Positions 33,698-34,962 of a DNA stretch of 34,962 bases are shown here, piece by piece. Position 1 is the first letter of the stretch; each line of letters starts with the position of its first letter. The notes under the pieces are model-generated. The model was not told the DNA's origin, did no database searches, and worked only from the letters and a program-made list of their open reading frames with translations. The stretch is from an uncultured Myxococcales bacterium. GTDB lineage: Bacteria; Myxococcota; UBA4151. Both the position numbers and the translations under genes were made by a program. The stretch is taken from positions 1 to 34,962 of the forward strand of contig CAXGWI010000024.1 of assembly GCA_964013405.1 (NCBI GenBank), written 5' to 3'.

Positions 33698-34555
33698 TCA
33701 GTGGCTGTGGCGATGCCCAAATAACCAGGTCAGACTGGCGAAAGCAGCGGCGACTAGGGTCTGAGTGGCACCCACCGGGAAGTCAAAGAGAAAAGCGAGC
33801 AGATAGCCACCGAAGCCGCTGATCGCCCCGAGTAATGCCGCGGTCATCAGACAAAGGCGCACGTTTGGAGCGATGTTCACCGCGGCGAGCGCCGGGAGCA
33901 CGGTAAAGGCAAAGGTCGGGAGCGCGCCCAGGACTCGGGTGGAAACAGCGAGCCCGACTCCCAGCCCGATAAAAAGCCCGAACTCAAGTCCTCGTACCGG
34001 TAATCCCCGCACCAGTGCACCCGTGCGATCAAAGGAGACCGCACTGAAGCCCCGCCATCCCCAAATATGCACCGCCAAAATCAGCACCGCCAAGATCGTC
34101 ATCAATCGGAAGTCACTGGGCAAGACCGCTACTGCGGTGCCAAAAAGGACGCTCTCGATGTCTTGGATCTCTTCAACGATTTTAGTGCCCACCACCAGGG
34201 TCCCGGCCGCACAAGCCAGAAACATAAAGCCCAGCAGAGAATCCCTGCGATGCTGCTCGTGGCTGGTGTCCGCCGCAATCAGCCACAGGGTAGCAAAAGT
34301 CATGAAGAGTGCACCGAGGATGGGGGCTATGGAGCCAATGGAGTCGATTGCGCTTAAGCCAAGAAAGTAGGCGCCGGCCACGCCAAAAGAAGCCGCTTGA
34401 GAAACGGTAGCCGCTAAGAAAACCATACGACGAAGGACCACATAGACGCCCATCATCCCCAGCATCATCCCAGCGAGCGCCCCCGTCAGTGAAGGGTCTC
34501 GAAACAACTCCCAGTGTTCAAAGAACACGCTGAGTGTCGGGGTTGTCCCGCTCAT
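33698..34555 (-). CDS. Metal (Zn/Mn/Fe) ABC transporter permease, ABC-3 family
   Basis: GVYVVLRRMVF, VLFG, SFD..A.VRGLP, GALP.....LPA.AA, D.PVGA; multiple TM segments. Confidence 0.9.
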   Translation of the reverse strand: MSGTTPTLSVFFEHWELFRDPSLTGALAGMMLGMMGVYVVLRRMVFLAATVSQAASFGVAGAYFLGLSAIDSIGSIAPILGALFMTFATLWLIAADTSHEQHRRDSLLGFMFLACAAGTLVVGTKIVEEIQDIESVLFGTAVAVLPSDFRLMTILAVLILAVHIWGWRGFSAVSFDRTGALVRGLPVRGLEFGLFIGLGVGLAVSTRVLGALPTFAFTVLPALAAVNIAPNVRLCLMTAALLGAISGFGGYLLAFLFDFPVGATQTLVAAAFASLTWLFGHRHSH

Positions 34556-34945
34556 GGCGGAGCGCCCCCAGCGAAGACAGCACCGTAACGGAGTTGAAAG
34601 CGGGGGTCGGCCAGGACCTCTTCTCGCTCGCCGGCCAGAACCACCTGATCGTCTCGGTCCATAAAGACCACATGAGTTGCGATTGCAGGCACCACGGTCA
34701 GGGAATGACTCGCGATGATAACCGCAAGCGATCGCTCGGTGCGCAAATCATTGATGACCTGAAAAATAGCTTTCTCAGCCATGGGGTCCATGGCGCTCGT
34801 AGGCTCGTCCAAGAGCATAATATCGGGGCTGCTAGCAATAGCCCTGGCCATAAGGATCCGCTGTTTTTGGCCTTCGCTCAGTTGGGAGAAAGAGTGGGTG
34901 GCTACCTGAGCCGCACCCACATCATCGAGCGCTTGACGGACGCGG
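34552..34945 (-). CDS. Metal ABC transporter ATP-binding subunit, C-terminal part (5' truncated)
   Basis: Signature LSEGQKQR, Walker B MLLDEPT, SH switch; frame stays open (RVRQALDDVG) up to the terminal poly-C. Confidence 0.88.
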
Positions 34946-34962
34946 CCCCCCCCCCCCCCCCC

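Noticed and set aside
34946..34962. 17-nt poly-C tract as a phase-variation site
   Set aside because: It lies at the extreme end of the sequence and interrupts a conserved ABC ATPase; more likely a library or assembly artefact, and it cannot be judged without reads.

Overview
This is a GC-rich, densely packed bacterial window. It looks like Myxococcota/Deltaproteobacteria, an inference from the myxobacterial Cys-rich repeats, the kinase-STAND-TPR protein and the ferrochelatase Cys insert. From left to right it holds: (i) a minus-strand run read right to left as nrdA-nrdB, M3 oligoendopeptidase, Ser/Thr kinase-ATPase-TPR protein, TPR-like protein and a repeat-rich lipoprotein that runs off the left edge; (ii) a Cys-rich lipoprotein and a Sel1 protein; (iii) all nine enzymes from glutamyl-tRNA to protoheme (hemH-E-Y-A-C-D-L operon, convergent DUF962-hemF, and hemB about 7.4 kb beyond hemH); (iv) a plus-strand block between hemH and hemB with a HisKA/OmpR pair, a hotdog-fold protein, an apparent pseudo-hydrolase lipoprotein and an unusual two-gene unit; (v) an XPB-like helicase with a DUF790 nuclease, two hypothetical genes and a truncated Zn/Mn-type ABC transporter. 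The two-gene unit is the best candidate for an undescribed system. It pairs a His-rich polytopic membrane protein carrying EF-hands and two cyclic-nucleotide-binding domains with a type II NADH dehydrogenase fused to a third such domain, suggesting a Ca2+/cNMP-gated membrane redox module. I recognised no rRNA, tRNA, CRISPR array or mobile element. All family calls come from motif recognition by eye, not database searches.
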